From an uncultured Collinsella sp. (GTDB lineage Bacteria > Actinomycetota > Coriobacteriia > Coriobacteriales > Coriobacteriaceae), in the NCBI GenBank assembly GCA_900541685.1, contig UQKM01000003.1, positions 69,576 to 133,575 of the forward strand: a stretch of DNA of 64,000 nt, in the 5' to 3' direction. Made by a program: the position numbers and the translations under genes. A model generated the notes under the pieces. The model did not search any database. It was given only the letters and a program-made list of their open reading frames with translations, and was not told the origin of the DNA. Of this stretch, positions 9,109 through 18,621 are shown piece by piece (position 1 is the stretch's first letter; the number at the start of each line of letters is the position of its first letter).

Positions 9109-9929
9109 AGCGGGCGATCCATCCCATAAAGGCGGACATGATGCGTTTACACAGGATGTTTCCGGCGCAGTTTTGTCTTGCGCTTATGCTGGCGTTCGGC
9201 CTTCTCTTCGGTGTCTTTCTAAAAAGCGGAACAACGTTGCTAGCCTTTGGCAATAGCGTCTGCGGGGAGGATATTGGATTCTTTTGGAATGTAATCGACT
9301 CTTCTGCACCTGATGAGTCCCTTGTGCGCAGTGCTTTTGCTGGCACCTCTCTGTTCGTTCCGCTCATCGTTTGCCTGGTGATTTTACAGGAGCGCGGCTA
9401 TGAAGAGGGATGCCGAATTTCTTCAGCAAGAGGTCTTGCCCGCTTTAACGGGGTTCTGGCACATGTACTTTCGTCTGCTTTAATAATCGGCGCAGCATAT
9501 AGTGCGCTTTGCCTTCTTCTTTTTGCAATAGCCGTAACACGTGGAGGGCAAAACTACGTGCATGGCATGCTGGCTGCATTTTTGCCTGCGATGATAATCA
9601 ACGCCGTATTGGTGATATCGGTTGCGTTGGAGACGATGACCATCTATCGGATTACAGACAGCGCTGTATTGAGCGGGGCTGTAATAATAATTGGATTTGT
9701 CATGAGCTTGACGCTCTACGGAACCTTCCTTCAGGCACCTATACCATCCTTGCGATGGATCTTCCTCCTTCCGGGGCCGTACCTTGGAGCCGGATGTGCC
9801 CTTGGGTATAGCGATATGGGGCAGCTGACGCTTCTGGGATATGGCGTGGCAGCTGGCTGTCTATCGGTATTGATTTACGCTCTCGTGACCTGTCGTGTCG
9901 GAGGTGTGCTCAATGGCTCGTCAGATTAA
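9105..9929 (+). CDS. polytopic membrane protein, ABC-2-type permease candidate
   Basis: ATGA start/stop overlap with the ATPase gene; about 6 predicted TM segments. Confidence 0.55.
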   Translation: MKRAIHPIKADMMRLHRMFPAQFCLALMLAFGLLFGVFLKSGTTLLAFGNSVCGEDIGFFWNVIDSSAPDESLVRSAFAGTSLFVPLIVCLVILQERGYEEGCRISSARGLARFNGVLAHVLSSALIIGAAYSALCLLLFAIAVTRGGQNYVHGMLAAFLPAMIINAVLVISVALETMTIYRITDSAVLSGAVIIIGFVMSLTLYGTFLQAPIPSLRWIFLLPGPYLGAGCALGYSDMGQLTLLGYGVAAGCLSVLIYALVTCRVGGVLNGSSD

Positions 9930-10731
9930 AAGGTTCCTCCATTCAGAATTGAAGCATGTGAGCGAATGGACGTACGTCTTAATCCTGGCAATTTATGCGT
10001 GTATGGTGATATTGCAGCTTAATTCTTTCCCGATGTGGTTCTGTAGCCTCCGCGAGGGCAGTTTCTTGGGCTTTTTCCCAGACCCGACGCTTAAACTGTC
10101 GGCAGAGGACGCCCTTCTATTTGGTAATGCAGAGGTTTTTCGCGGCTTGCTGTTCAATGTGGCCCCGTTGGCTCATGCATTGTTCTTTCCGCTTATCGCG
10201 CCTTGCGTTGTCCCACGCTTTGCCAGTTCGAGCTTTGTCGAGGAACCGTGGGGGCTGTCGGAGGCTCGGGGAGGGAAGCGGGCGTGCGTTACCGTTGCGC
10301 GAGTGATGCTGTCTTCTTTCGCCCTATTGGGCGCGTTTATCCTGTCAAGTGTCGTTTTGTACTGTCTTAACTGCGCAATCGTTTTGGATGCTCAACAGTA
10401 TTTCAACCTGAATATGTTTTGCGATCGACTTCTTCTGGCGAGTGCGGTCTGCCTTGCATACGTGGTCTCTTGCGTGATCGTTGTTTCCTATTTTGGATCC
10501 GGCTTCGGTCCTATTGGCATGCTGTTGCTTGTCAACGTCGTAACGATCTACATACAGGTCGGAGCCAATTCCATGCTTCCGCTTCCAGCCTCGATGCTCA
10601 TGTGGATTTGCGGCGTGACCCCGTTGGGGGACGGTCAATGCGTTTCGATTTTAATTGACTGCCTCATAAACGTAGCAAGCGTTTTTGCCATCTGCTTTAC
10701 GGTCGACCGATTGCGGTCGAGATTTCTTTGA
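9913..10731 (+). CDS. polytopic membrane protein, second permease candidate
   Basis: Start re-called to the ATG after GGAGGTG. Hydrophobic throughout. Confidence 0.5.
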   Translation: MARQIKRFLHSELKHVSEWTYVLILAIYACMVILQLNSFPMWFCSLREGSFLGFFPDPTLKLSAEDALLFGNAEVFRGLLFNVAPLAHALFFPLIAPCVVPRFASSSFVEEPWGLSEARGGKRACVTVARVMLSSFALLGAFILSSVVLYCLNCAIVLDAQQYFNLNMFCDRLLLASAVCLAYVVSCVIVVSYFGSGFGPIGMLLLVNVVTIYIQVGANSMLPLPASMLMWICGVTPLGDGQCVSILIDCLINVASVFAICFTVDRLRSRFL

Positions 10732-10752
10732 TTGTTTGTGAGGGATAAACAT

Positions 10753-12045
10753 ATGAGGCCGTCTCAATACAACCTGATTGAAGACCACGGCGAAAGAACG
10801 CTGGTGATGAATTCAAAGACTGGCGCAATCCTTTCGTTGGATAAACAACATGCAGAAAGTATGTGCCGCATGGTATCGGGAACCGAATGGGAGCCAGATG
10901 AATTGCGCGAAGCGTTGCTTCAAGGAGGAATGCTGTTAGAAGATGATCGTGACGAAAAAGAGGAAATGAAGGCGATGGGCCGTCTTGTTCGATTTTCCAA
11001 TCGCTCTCTAGGCATGACGATAGCACCGACATTGGAGTGCAACTTCTGTTGCCCATACTGTTATGAAAAAGGACAACGCAAAACGACAATGACTCCGGAG
11101 GTTGAAGACCGGCTTGTCTCATTCGTGAAGGAGCGTTCACGGGGGCTGAGCGAGCTTGAGATCGGTTGGTATGGTGGAGAGCCGTTGCTGCAAGTCGATA
11201 GAATTCAGCGGCTTACGGAGCGTATAAAGGCGATCCTTAATCCAGAGTGCTCCTATTCGGCATCCATCGTTACAAATGGATATCTTCTGACGCCAGAAGT
11301 GGCCGAGACTCTCGCGGCTTGTGACGTCAAGATGGCTCAAATAACCTTGGACGGGTCTCGAAAGGACCACGATTCTCGGCGGTTCTTGCGGAACGGACAG
11401 CCGACGTACGATGCGATTCTAGACAACGTTTCTAAAGTCACGCATCTGTTGGATATTTCCATCAGGTGCAATGTCGATGCCCATAACATTGTCGGTGCTG
11501 GCGATTTGCTGGATGCACTCGAGGAAAAGGGCCTTAAAAACAAGGTTGGATTCTATCTGGCGCCTGTCGACAATATTAACGATACGTGCCCAAGTGACAG
11601 TAGTTGTTTTTCGATGGAGGCGTTTTCTCAGGAAGAGCTGGACTTTTATAGTCATGCAGTTGATAGGGGGTTCCACGTTGACCTGACGGTGCGCTTTAAT
11701 CCGGCTATATGTGGCGCCGTTTGTGCAGGGTCGTTTGTAGTGGATCCGGAGGGCTATCTTTATAAATGTTGGGACGAAATCGGGATGCGTGAACGCTGCG
11801 TCGGTACGCTTGCCGAAGGGCCGAGGATGAATGCTCAGCTGGTCCAATGGCTAAACTATGAGCCGAGCGATCATGAGTGTGAAGAGTGTTTTGCCTATCC
11901 CTCATGCATGGGAGGTTGCCCTAATCACGCTCTTCATGGAGGGTCAAAACAGTGCGTATCTCAAAGGTATCAGGTGCGCCAACGAATGATTTTGACCGAG
12001 AAGGCTCAGCGATTGCTTTCGGAACTGGATTCAGCTCATGTTTAA
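10753..12045 (+). CDS. radical SAM/SPASM peptide-modifying enzyme with N-terminal RRE-like domain (sactipeptide/ranthipeptide-type maturase)
   Basis: CNFCCPYC rSAM cluster motif. C-terminal Cys-rich SPASM region (CGAVCAGS...KCW...CEECFAYPSCMGGCPNH). About 90-aa N-terminal beta-strand/helix segment consistent with a PqqD-like recognition element (RRE). Start at the ATG 7 nt after GAGGGA. Confidence 0.85.
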   Translation: MRPSQYNLIEDHGERTLVMNSKTGAILSLDKQHAESMCRMVSGTEWEPDELREALLQGGMLLEDDRDEKEEMKAMGRLVRFSNRSLGMTIAPTLECNFCCPYCYEKGQRKTTMTPEVEDRLVSFVKERSRGLSELEIGWYGGEPLLQVDRIQRLTERIKAILNPECSYSASIVTNGYLLTPEVAETLAACDVKMAQITLDGSRKDHDSRRFLRNGQPTYDAILDNVSKVTHLLDISIRCNVDAHNIVGAGDLLDALEEKGLKNKVGFYLAPVDNINDTCPSDSSCFSMEAFSQEELDFYSHAVDRGFHVDLTVRFNPAICGAVCAGSFVVDPEGYLYKCWDEIGMRERCVGTLAEGPRMNAQLVQWLNYEPSDHECEECFAYPSCMGGCPNHALHGGSKQCVSQRYQVRQRMILTEKAQRLLSELDSAHV

Positions 12046-13657
12046 TCTCTGCGCAAGAACAATAATTAAGAATCCAAAGTATATAACCTATCTTCTAATG
12101 TGCCTGCTCTCGCTTGTGGTTGGTCTCGCAATTCCTTTTCTGACGGGACAACTGGTCAACAACTTTGTCGGTGTCGCGCGAGATGGGGAAAGCGCAATCG
12201 CCATCGGCGCTGAGATAGCAGCGCTGGGTATTGTGCGAGCCGGTTTGAATTGCGTCAGTGAGCTGGTCTATGTCGATCTGCAAACACATGTGGGATTTGC
12301 ATTGAATGAAGAGGTGATAAGTCACGTTCAAAGGCTACCACGGGTCTTCTTTTCTAATTTTGATGCCTCATATTGCAACCAACAGATTAATCATGACGCT
12401 AACGATTTGGTGATATTTGTTATAAACGCAAGTGTCCAAAGCGTGAGCAATATAGTGACGTTGCTTGTGGTGTTTGTTGTCCTGGCGACCATAAACGGTC
12501 ACCTGGCAATGCTGTGTATGGCTCTTGGCTTAATAGGTGGCGCGGTCTATTCGCTTTTCAAAAAGTGTTTGTTCGCAAGAAGTTTCGAGGCTCAAGAGCA
12601 GGAGGCTCGATTCTTTTCCGATCTGGAGAAGCAGCTTAGCAACGCACAATTTATCCGCAGACATGTTCTATTCGAGGTTTTCAAGCAAAGGCTTGAGCAC
12701 TCTTTTGCAGAGCTATATCGTTGCGTTTATCAGAACCAGCAAATTAATGCGACCTTTACGTTTGCCAACACTGTCGTCACATCTTTGGCACAGGGTGGAA
12801 TCTTGATCCTGGGCGCAAAGGAAGTTCTCGACGGCAATTTGCTGCCCGGCTATCTTATGACGGCGCTAAGCTATTACTCCTATTATTCTTCGGCTATTGA
12901 ATTCTTCCTTGCGCTGGGCAAGGACTATCAAACGTCAAAAGTATCCTACGAGCGTTTACGGCGCTTGCTGGACATGCCAGAGGGCTCAAACGGGGCCATT
13001 ATCCTCGCCGATGTTTTCGAGGTGAGCTGTTCCGAGCTGGCGTATAGCTATCCTGAGTCTGAAAAAACCGCGTTCAGAGACATTCGAGCTTCTTTGGAAA
13101 AAGGAAAGGTATACGGAATCGTTGGGCCGAACGGTTCCGGTAAGAGCACGCTGCTGGATGTGATAAGCGGTTGCGATCCAGAAAACTGCAAGGGTGATAT
13201 TTGGATTAACGACAAGCCCCTGAGCTCTCTGGACCGCTATGCGCTGCGGAAGCGCAATATCGGGATTACTGAGCAGGAGCCGCCCCTGACCGAGGGGTCG
13301 ATACGGGACAATTTAACTCTTTGCTGCAGAAGCACTGAAGAGCGTGACCTTGAGAGCCTCATTGAGAGAATGGGGCTTAAAAAGATGGTCGATTCAAGTG
13401 GTGGACTTGATGTCGAGCTGGACGATAAGCAGAACAACATTTCAGGAGGGGAGAAGCAAAAAATGGCGATAATTCGCCAGCTGCTGAAAAACCCGGACGT
13501 GATGATGTTTGATGAGCCGACATCTGCACTTGACAGTCAAAGCAAGCAGGCGTTTATCGAAATCCTTAAGGAAAGAAAGGGGCGACATATCACGGTCATC
13601 GCTACGCACGACCCTGTGCTTATTTCGGCATGCGATGAGGTGATTGAAATTGCCTGA
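12038..13657 (+). CDS. fused ABC transporter permease/ATP-binding protein (exporter type, no C39 peptidase domain)
   Basis: N-terminal 6-TM domain. C-terminal GPNGSGKST, LSGGEKQK and DEPTSALD motifs. ATG overlaps the maturase stop. Confidence 0.9.
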   Translation: MFNLCARTIIKNPKYITYLLMCLLSLVVGLAIPFLTGQLVNNFVGVARDGESAIAIGAEIAALGIVRAGLNCVSELVYVDLQTHVGFALNEEVISHVQRLPRVFFSNFDASYCNQQINHDANDLVIFVINASVQSVSNIVTLLVVFVVLATINGHLAMLCMALGLIGGAVYSLFKKCLFARSFEAQEQEARFFSDLEKQLSNAQFIRRHVLFEVFKQRLEHSFAELYRCVYQNQQINATFTFANTVVTSLAQGGILILGAKEVLDGNLLPGYLMTALSYYSYYSSAIEFFLALGKDYQTSKVSYERLRRLLDMPEGSNGAIILADVFEVSCSELAYSYPESEKTAFRDIRASLEKGKVYGIVGPNGSGKSTLLDVISGCDPENCKGDIWINDKPLSSLDRYALRKRNIGITEQEPPLTEGSIRDNLTLCCRSTEERDLESLIERMGLKKMVDSSGGLDVELDDKQNNISGGEKQKMAIIRQLLKNPDVMMFDEPTSALDSQSKQAFIEILKERKGRHITVIATHDPVLISACDEVIEIA

Positions 13658-13687
13658 CGGGTTAGTGGGCCTAGCATATCAAATTCA

Positions 13688-13721
13688 GGGGGGCGGGCAC
13701 TGTAGCTGGTGCCCGCCCCCC
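13688..13721. terminator. GC-rich hairpin between convergent genes (13-bp stem GGGGGGCGGGCAC/GTGCCCGCCCCCC)
   Basis: Read directly. No strong T-run on either side; it marks the island's downstream edge. Confidence 0.5.
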
Positions 13722-13756
13722 TGGCATGAAAGGCTTTAGCCTGTGTGGTTCGTGAA

Positions 13757-14566
13757 CTAACGGGCCTGCTTAACCTTGGCCGCTGCTTCGACAAACGACT
13801 TCCACAGGTTAAAGTCGGTCTCGAGCGTCTTCCACGTGTACTCAGGGTGCCATTGCACGCCCAAGCAGAATGGCTGGCCTTCGACCTCGATGCACTCGGG
13901 AACGCCGTCGGTTGCCTTGGCGACCAAACGCGTGCTCTTACCCAGATGATCGACGCAGCAGTGGTGTGCGGAGTTGGTCTGGATCAGCCTGTGCCCGCCA
14001 AGCGCGCGCTCCAACAGCGAGCCCGGCACGACCTCGACGGGATGCACGGGGTCGTTGAGCACGTGGCTATGGCGCCACTGCGTGCGGCCCTCGCGAGCGC
14101 CCAGGCTCGGCACGTCCATGCACAGGGTGCCGCCAGTGGCGACATTGAGCAACTGCGTGCCGCGGCAGGTGGTAAAGAGCGGCTTTTTGGCGCGGAGTAC
14201 CTCGCCGACCAGCTTAAACTCAAAGCTATCGCGGATCTCGCAGCAGAGGGTGGGGTCGTAGGGTCGATCATCGCCCCAACGTTTGGGGTTGACATCGGGG
14301 CCGCCGGGAATGGCGATGCCGTCGGCGATATCGACGTAATGACGGATGACCTCAATGTCCTCGGTGATGGACATCTGCAGCGGCAGGCCGCCGGCGGCAA
14401 GGATGGCATCGACAAAGACACTTGCGATTTCCTCGTTGGGGGAGAGCGTTTCGCTTAAAAACGGCTTCGCCTCTTCCCAGCGCGGCGCCACCAGGATGAG
14501 CGGACGGTCGGCGGGGTCGACGTTGACGTGCGGGGTGTATGACGATGAAGTGCGAGTTCCGATCAT
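13757..14566 (-). CDS. class I glutamine amidotransferase-like / gamma-glutamyl hydrolase (peptidase C26, PuuD-like)
   Basis: GATase-1 catalytic Cys region (TCRGTQLLNVATGG) and His near the C-terminus. Start taken at MIGTRT; it cannot extend past the glnQ stop at 14619. Confidence 0.7.
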   Translation of the reverse strand: MIGTRTSSSYTPHVNVDPADRPLILVAPRWEEAKPFLSETLSPNEEIASVFVDAILAAGGLPLQMSITEDIEVIRHYVDIADGIAIPGGPDVNPKRWGDDRPYDPTLCCEIRDSFEFKLVGEVLRAKKPLFTTCRGTQLLNVATGGTLCMDVPSLGAREGRTQWRHSHVLNDPVHPVEVVPGSLLERALGGHRLIQTNSAHHCCVDHLGKSTRLVAKATDGVPECIEVEGQPFCLGVQWHPEYTWKTLETDFNLWKSFVEAAAKVKQAR

Positions 14567-14618
14567 AGGTGTTGCTTTCGAGTTTGGATGGTCATGGCGA
14601 GCGGATATGGCAATTGGG

Positions 14619-15383
<765 letters not shown>

Positions 15384-15419
15384 GGTGCTCGGCTCCTTAT
15401 GACTCGAAATGGTAAATCG

Positions 15420-16253
15420 TTAGCGAATGATGGTCGCGCCGGTCTTGTGCGAAACGTAGACAGCGGCCTTGTTGATTGCGACGTTGATGAGGATATAGAT
15501 GACCGCGATCACCAGGTAGACCGACACGAGGGCGTCGTAGTTGGTAATGAGCACGCGGGCGTTTTGCATAAGGTCGGGGTAGCTCACCACGTAGGCGACG
15601 GTGGTGTCTTTGACGACGACTACAAGCTGCGAAATCAACGACGGAATAATAAATCGAATAGCCTGCGGCAGCACGATTTTAAAGGTGATTTTAGCCTTGG
15701 AGAGACCGAGCGCCTGGGCGGCCTCGACCTGGCCGCGCGGCACGGCGTTTACGCCGGCGCGGAAGATCTCGGCAAGCACGCCGGCTGCAGCGAGCGCGAC
15801 GGGAAGCGTAAGCATCCAAAACGACGGCAGCGCGATCTTGTACTGGGGCAGCACCAAAAAGAAGAAGTAGATGAACAGCAGGCTCGGCACGCCGCGGAAG
15901 AAATCGGTGAGCACGCGGCAGACCAGCTGCAGCGGCTTAATGTCGCTGGTGCGACCGAGCATAAGGGCAAGGCCGAGCACCAGCGCGATGGCGCCGGCGG
16001 TGAGCGCGACCTTAACGGTGCCCTCAAAGCCGGCAAGCAAAAACTTCCAGGTGGTGAGGTGCGTAAAGAAGTACCAGTAATGGACCGAAAGCTGGCCGGT
16101 CACATAAAAGCGCTGCAGTACCAGAGCGATGAGCGCGGCCACGGCAACAAGTGAGATGGCGGTGCCGACGCGAATCTTGGCGCGCATCTTGGGGCCGGGA
16201 GCCTCGTAGAGCGCATCGCGCATGGTGAGCGCGGAGGTGGAGTGCTTGCTCAT
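15420..16253 (-). CDS. amino-acid ABC transporter permease
   Basis: His/Gln-permease family EAA-loop region; polytopic. Confidence 0.85.
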   Translation of the reverse strand: MSKHSTSALTMRDALYEAPGPKMRAKIRVGTAISLVAVAALIALVLQRFYVTGQLSVHYWYFFTHLTTWKFLLAGFEGTVKVALTAGAIALVLGLALMLGRTSDIKPLQLVCRVLTDFFRGVPSLLFIYFFFLVLPQYKIALPSFWMLTLPVALAAAGVLAEIFRAGVNAVPRGQVEAAQALGLSKAKITFKIVLPQAIRFIIPSLISQLVVVVKDTTVAYVVSYPDLMQNARVLITNYDALVSVYLVIAVIYILINVAINKAAVYVSHKTGATIIR

Positions 16254-16909
16254 CGGAGGATCCTCACCTTCTTATCGATATAGTTGCCAATGTGGCTCAC
16301 CACAAAGGCCGTGCCCAGGTAGCCGAGCGCCGAGATAAAGAACGCGGCGACGCCGCCGAGCGAGCGCGTGTTGATGTAGCTCACCACGCCGGTGAGCTCC
16401 TGCGGTTTAAGCGGCACCTGACTGCCGAGCGCGGTGGTGAGCATGACGGCGATAAAGAGGTTGGTCATGGGCAGCACGCTCGAGCGCAGCGCCTGCGGAA
16501 TCACGATCTTGGCGAGGATACGGCTGAAGCTCATGCCCAGCGAGCGGGCGGCTTCCACCTGGCCGACACCGACGGTGTTGATGCCGCTCATAAAGTTCTC
16601 GGAGCCAAAGGCAGAACCCAAGAGCACTGTGGCGACGATGACGCAGGTGCGGTAGGGCAGGACGACCTTGAGCGGCGGCAGCGCGTAGACGACGATAATG
16701 AGCAGCGCGATGCCGGGGATGTTACGGAAGACCTGGACATACAGGTCGCCAAAGACGCGCAGCGGCTTGAGCGGCGACACGCGCATCACGGTGACGGCGA
16801 CGGCCAGCACCATGGCGATGGCAAACGACTCAAGCGTCATGCCCCAGGTTGCTAGCAGCGCGTCGATATAGTTCTGGCCATAGAGCGACCAGAGTTCGGA
16901 GAGACTCAT
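16250..16909 (-). CDS. amino-acid ABC transporter permease
   Basis: Second permease subunit; its start overlaps the downstream gene by 4 nt. Confidence 0.85.
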   Translation of the reverse strand: MSLSELWSLYGQNYIDALLATWGMTLESFAIAMVLAVAVTVMRVSPLKPLRVFGDLYVQVFRNIPGIALLIIVVYALPPLKVVLPYRTCVIVATVLLGSAFGSENFMSGINTVGVGQVEAARSLGMSFSRILAKIVIPQALRSSVLPMTNLFIAVMLTTALGSQVPLKPQELTGVVSYINTRSLGGVAAFFISALGYLGTAFVVSHIGNYIDKKVRILR

Positions 16910-17047
16910 GCGGACCTCCCGCCGGTAAGGAAAGGGGCTCCCGTGTGTACGGAAGCCCCGACAACTCAGTGAGGAAACAGTTTACCGCAATAAAGCGCAT
17001 CATGCGTTTCCATATGGTTTCGTTGCGGCCGTTACCAGGCTCGCTGC

Positions 17048-18043
17048 CTAGGCGCCGATCTCGGGCAGCTCGGGAACATTGGTGTCGCCCGTACGGTCAC
17101 CGATGCAGATCTGCCACAGCTCAGTCCAGGTGCCGTCGTCCTCGATCTTCTTAAGGAAGTCGTTAACGAAGGTGACGCCGTCGGAATCGAGCGGCAGACC
17201 GATACCATAGGGCTCCTTGCTGCCGAAGGGCTTGCCGGCGATCTTGTACTTACCGGGCTCGCGGACCAGGGCGCTCTGCTGCATGTTGTTATCGATGACG
17301 TAGGCGTCAACGCGGCCCTGCTGGAGTGCCTGGCGGGCCTCCTCGTCGGTCTTGAACTCCTGCTGGCTGGCCTTGGGAGCGAACTCCTCCAGGATGGCGG
17401 GGCCGTTGGAGCCGGACTGGACGGCGACGTTCTTGTCGGCCAGGTCGTCGACGCTCTTGATGTCGTCGTTATCGGCGAGCACCAGGATGGCCTGCTGGGT
17501 GTAGTAGTAGGGGCCGGCGAAAGAGACGAGCTTCTTGCGCTCGTCAGTGATGGTGTAGGTGGCAAAGACGGCGTCGACCTGGCCATTCTGCAGGACGGAC
17601 TCGCGCGTGTCCGAGGTCACCTGGGTGATCTCGACCTTGTTCTCGCCCAGAATGTAGTTGGACAGGAGCTGTGCGATACCGGCGTCGAAGCCGCGGGTCT
17701 GACCGTCTTTCTCGTTGAGGAGGGAGAAGAGCGTGGAGGTCTGAACGCCACCGATCTTAAAGACGCCGGCGTCCTTGACGGCCGTGGCCCAGGTGCTGGC
17801 GGCGATGGCATCGTCATCGGCCTTGGGGCCGTTGTCGACGAGCTTGTCGAATGCCTTGGCGTCGAGCGTGGTGGAAACTTCGGTATCCTCGGAGCTCTTG
17901 GAGGAGCCGGCGGCGGAACCCTTGTCAGCCTCGGCGCTGGTGTCGGAGCAGCCGGCAAGACCAAGGCCGGCGACGGTTGCGAAGGTGGCGGCAACGAAGC
18001 CGCGGCGGTCGAGAACGACCTGCTGGGAGAGGTTCTTGCTCAT
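17048..18043 (-). CDS. amino-acid ABC transporter substrate-binding lipoprotein
   Basis: LAGC lipobox and periplasmic-binding-protein family 3 fold. Confidence 0.85.
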   Translation of the reverse strand: MSKNLSQQVVLDRRGFVAATFATVAGLGLAGCSDTSAEADKGSAAGSSKSSEDTEVSTTLDAKAFDKLVDNGPKADDDAIAASTWATAVKDAGVFKIGGVQTSTLFSLLNEKDGQTRGFDAGIAQLLSNYILGENKVEITQVTSDTRESVLQNGQVDAVFATYTITDERKKLVSFAGPYYYTQQAILVLADNDDIKSVDDLADKNVAVQSGSNGPAILEEFAPKASQQEFKTDEEARQALQQGRVDAYVIDNNMQQSALVREPGKYKIAGKPFGSKEPYGIGLPLDSDGVTFVNDFLKKIEDDGTWTELWQICIGDRTGDTNVPELPEIGA

Positions 18044-18160
18044 AGTAGAACACCTTTCTCAATAAAATCCCTAGCGGTTGAGTAGAGTTATACCCTATCC
18101 CGCTCAAATGGGTCAACACGAAATAACTCAGAAACATACTTGCCTTATGGGTAATTCTAC

Positions 18161-18193
18161 CTACCAAAAAGGGACAGGTTTATTTTGGCAGGT
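18161..18193 (+). repeat. hairpin repeat A3
   Basis: Identical to A1 including the flank TTTTATCTGGGCAAACG. Confidence 0.9.
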
Positions 18194-18268
18194 TTTATCT
18201 GGGCAAACGTCAGTTATTACAGCTGAGATAGCGCTTTGCAGACGGCATGATCGCTCGAAGCGGTCGCT

Positions 18269-18274
18269 ATAATG
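18269..18274 (+). promoter_or_regulatory. TATAAT -10-like hexamer upstream of a mini-ORF (no good -35)
   Basis: Perfect TATAAT at 18269-18274, 32 nt upstream of an AAGGAG SD. Confidence 0.3.
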
Positions 18275-18318
18275 GCGGCAATGCGACGCATATGCATATA
18301 TAAGTAAGGAGATCGCGT

Positions 18319-18357
18319 ATGAACGGTTATTCGTTTTTCGCTCCGACCATGATTTAA
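18319..18357 (+). CDS. 12-codon mini-ORF (MNGYSFFAPTMI) with canonical SD; leader-peptide-like
   Basis: AAGGAG at 18306-18311 with a 7-nt spacer to the ATG. Stop codon is followed 2 nt later by hairpin repeat B1. Confidence 0.3.
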   Translation: MNGYSFFAPTMI

Positions 18358-18359
18358 AA

Positions 18360-18392
18360 CCACCACAAAGGGGACAGGCACCTTTGTGGTGG
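18360..18392 (+). repeat. hairpin repeat B1 (CCACCACAAAGGGGACAGGCACCTTTGTGGTGG)
   Basis: 12-bp perfect stem with loop GGACAGGCA; 2 nt after the mini-ORF stop. Confidence 0.9.
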
Positions 18393-18426
18393 TTCTGGCC
18401 GATGCAGTGGCATGCCTTGCTGCTTT

Positions 18427-18565
18427 GTCTCGATCTGTAACATCTGCAGCCGTTTTTGCCGAGTAACTGTTACAGATTGAGACAAAGGTTTGGGACTAAG
18501 ACGTCTTATCTCGATCTGTAACAGTTAGACGGGAATTCGGGCCCTAGATGTTACAGATTGAGATA
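18427..18565 (+). repeat. two tandem ~58-nt inverted-repeat units (16-17-bp arms TCTCGATCTGTAACA ... TGTTACAGATTGAGA, about 25-nt spacers), 80-nt periodicity
   Basis: Read directly: unit 1 at 18427-18483 and unit 2 at 18507-18565. Both carry the same single arm mismatch. Confidence 0.75.
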
Positions 18566-18586
18566 ATCGCGTCGCGAAAATAAAAA

Positions 18587-18621
18587 CCTCCGCAGGGGTG
18601 CTTCCCTTGCGGAGGTTTTTT
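18587..18621. terminator. bidirectional intrinsic terminator (dxs on minus strand; small plus-strand transcript)
   Basis: AAAAACCTCCGCAGGGG-tgcttc-CCTTGCGGAGGTTTTTT; the T-run overlaps the dxs stop codon. Confidence 0.8.

Noticed and set aside
7700-13700. Mobile element calls (transposase/integrase) for the low-GC island
   Set aside because: No transposase, integrase, recombinase or tRNA attachment site could be recognised in or next to the island, so only the compositional anomaly is reported.
18427-18565. Possible CRISPR array
   Set aside because: There are only two units, each is an inverted repeat rather than a direct repeat, there are no uniform spacers, and no cas genes lie nearby.
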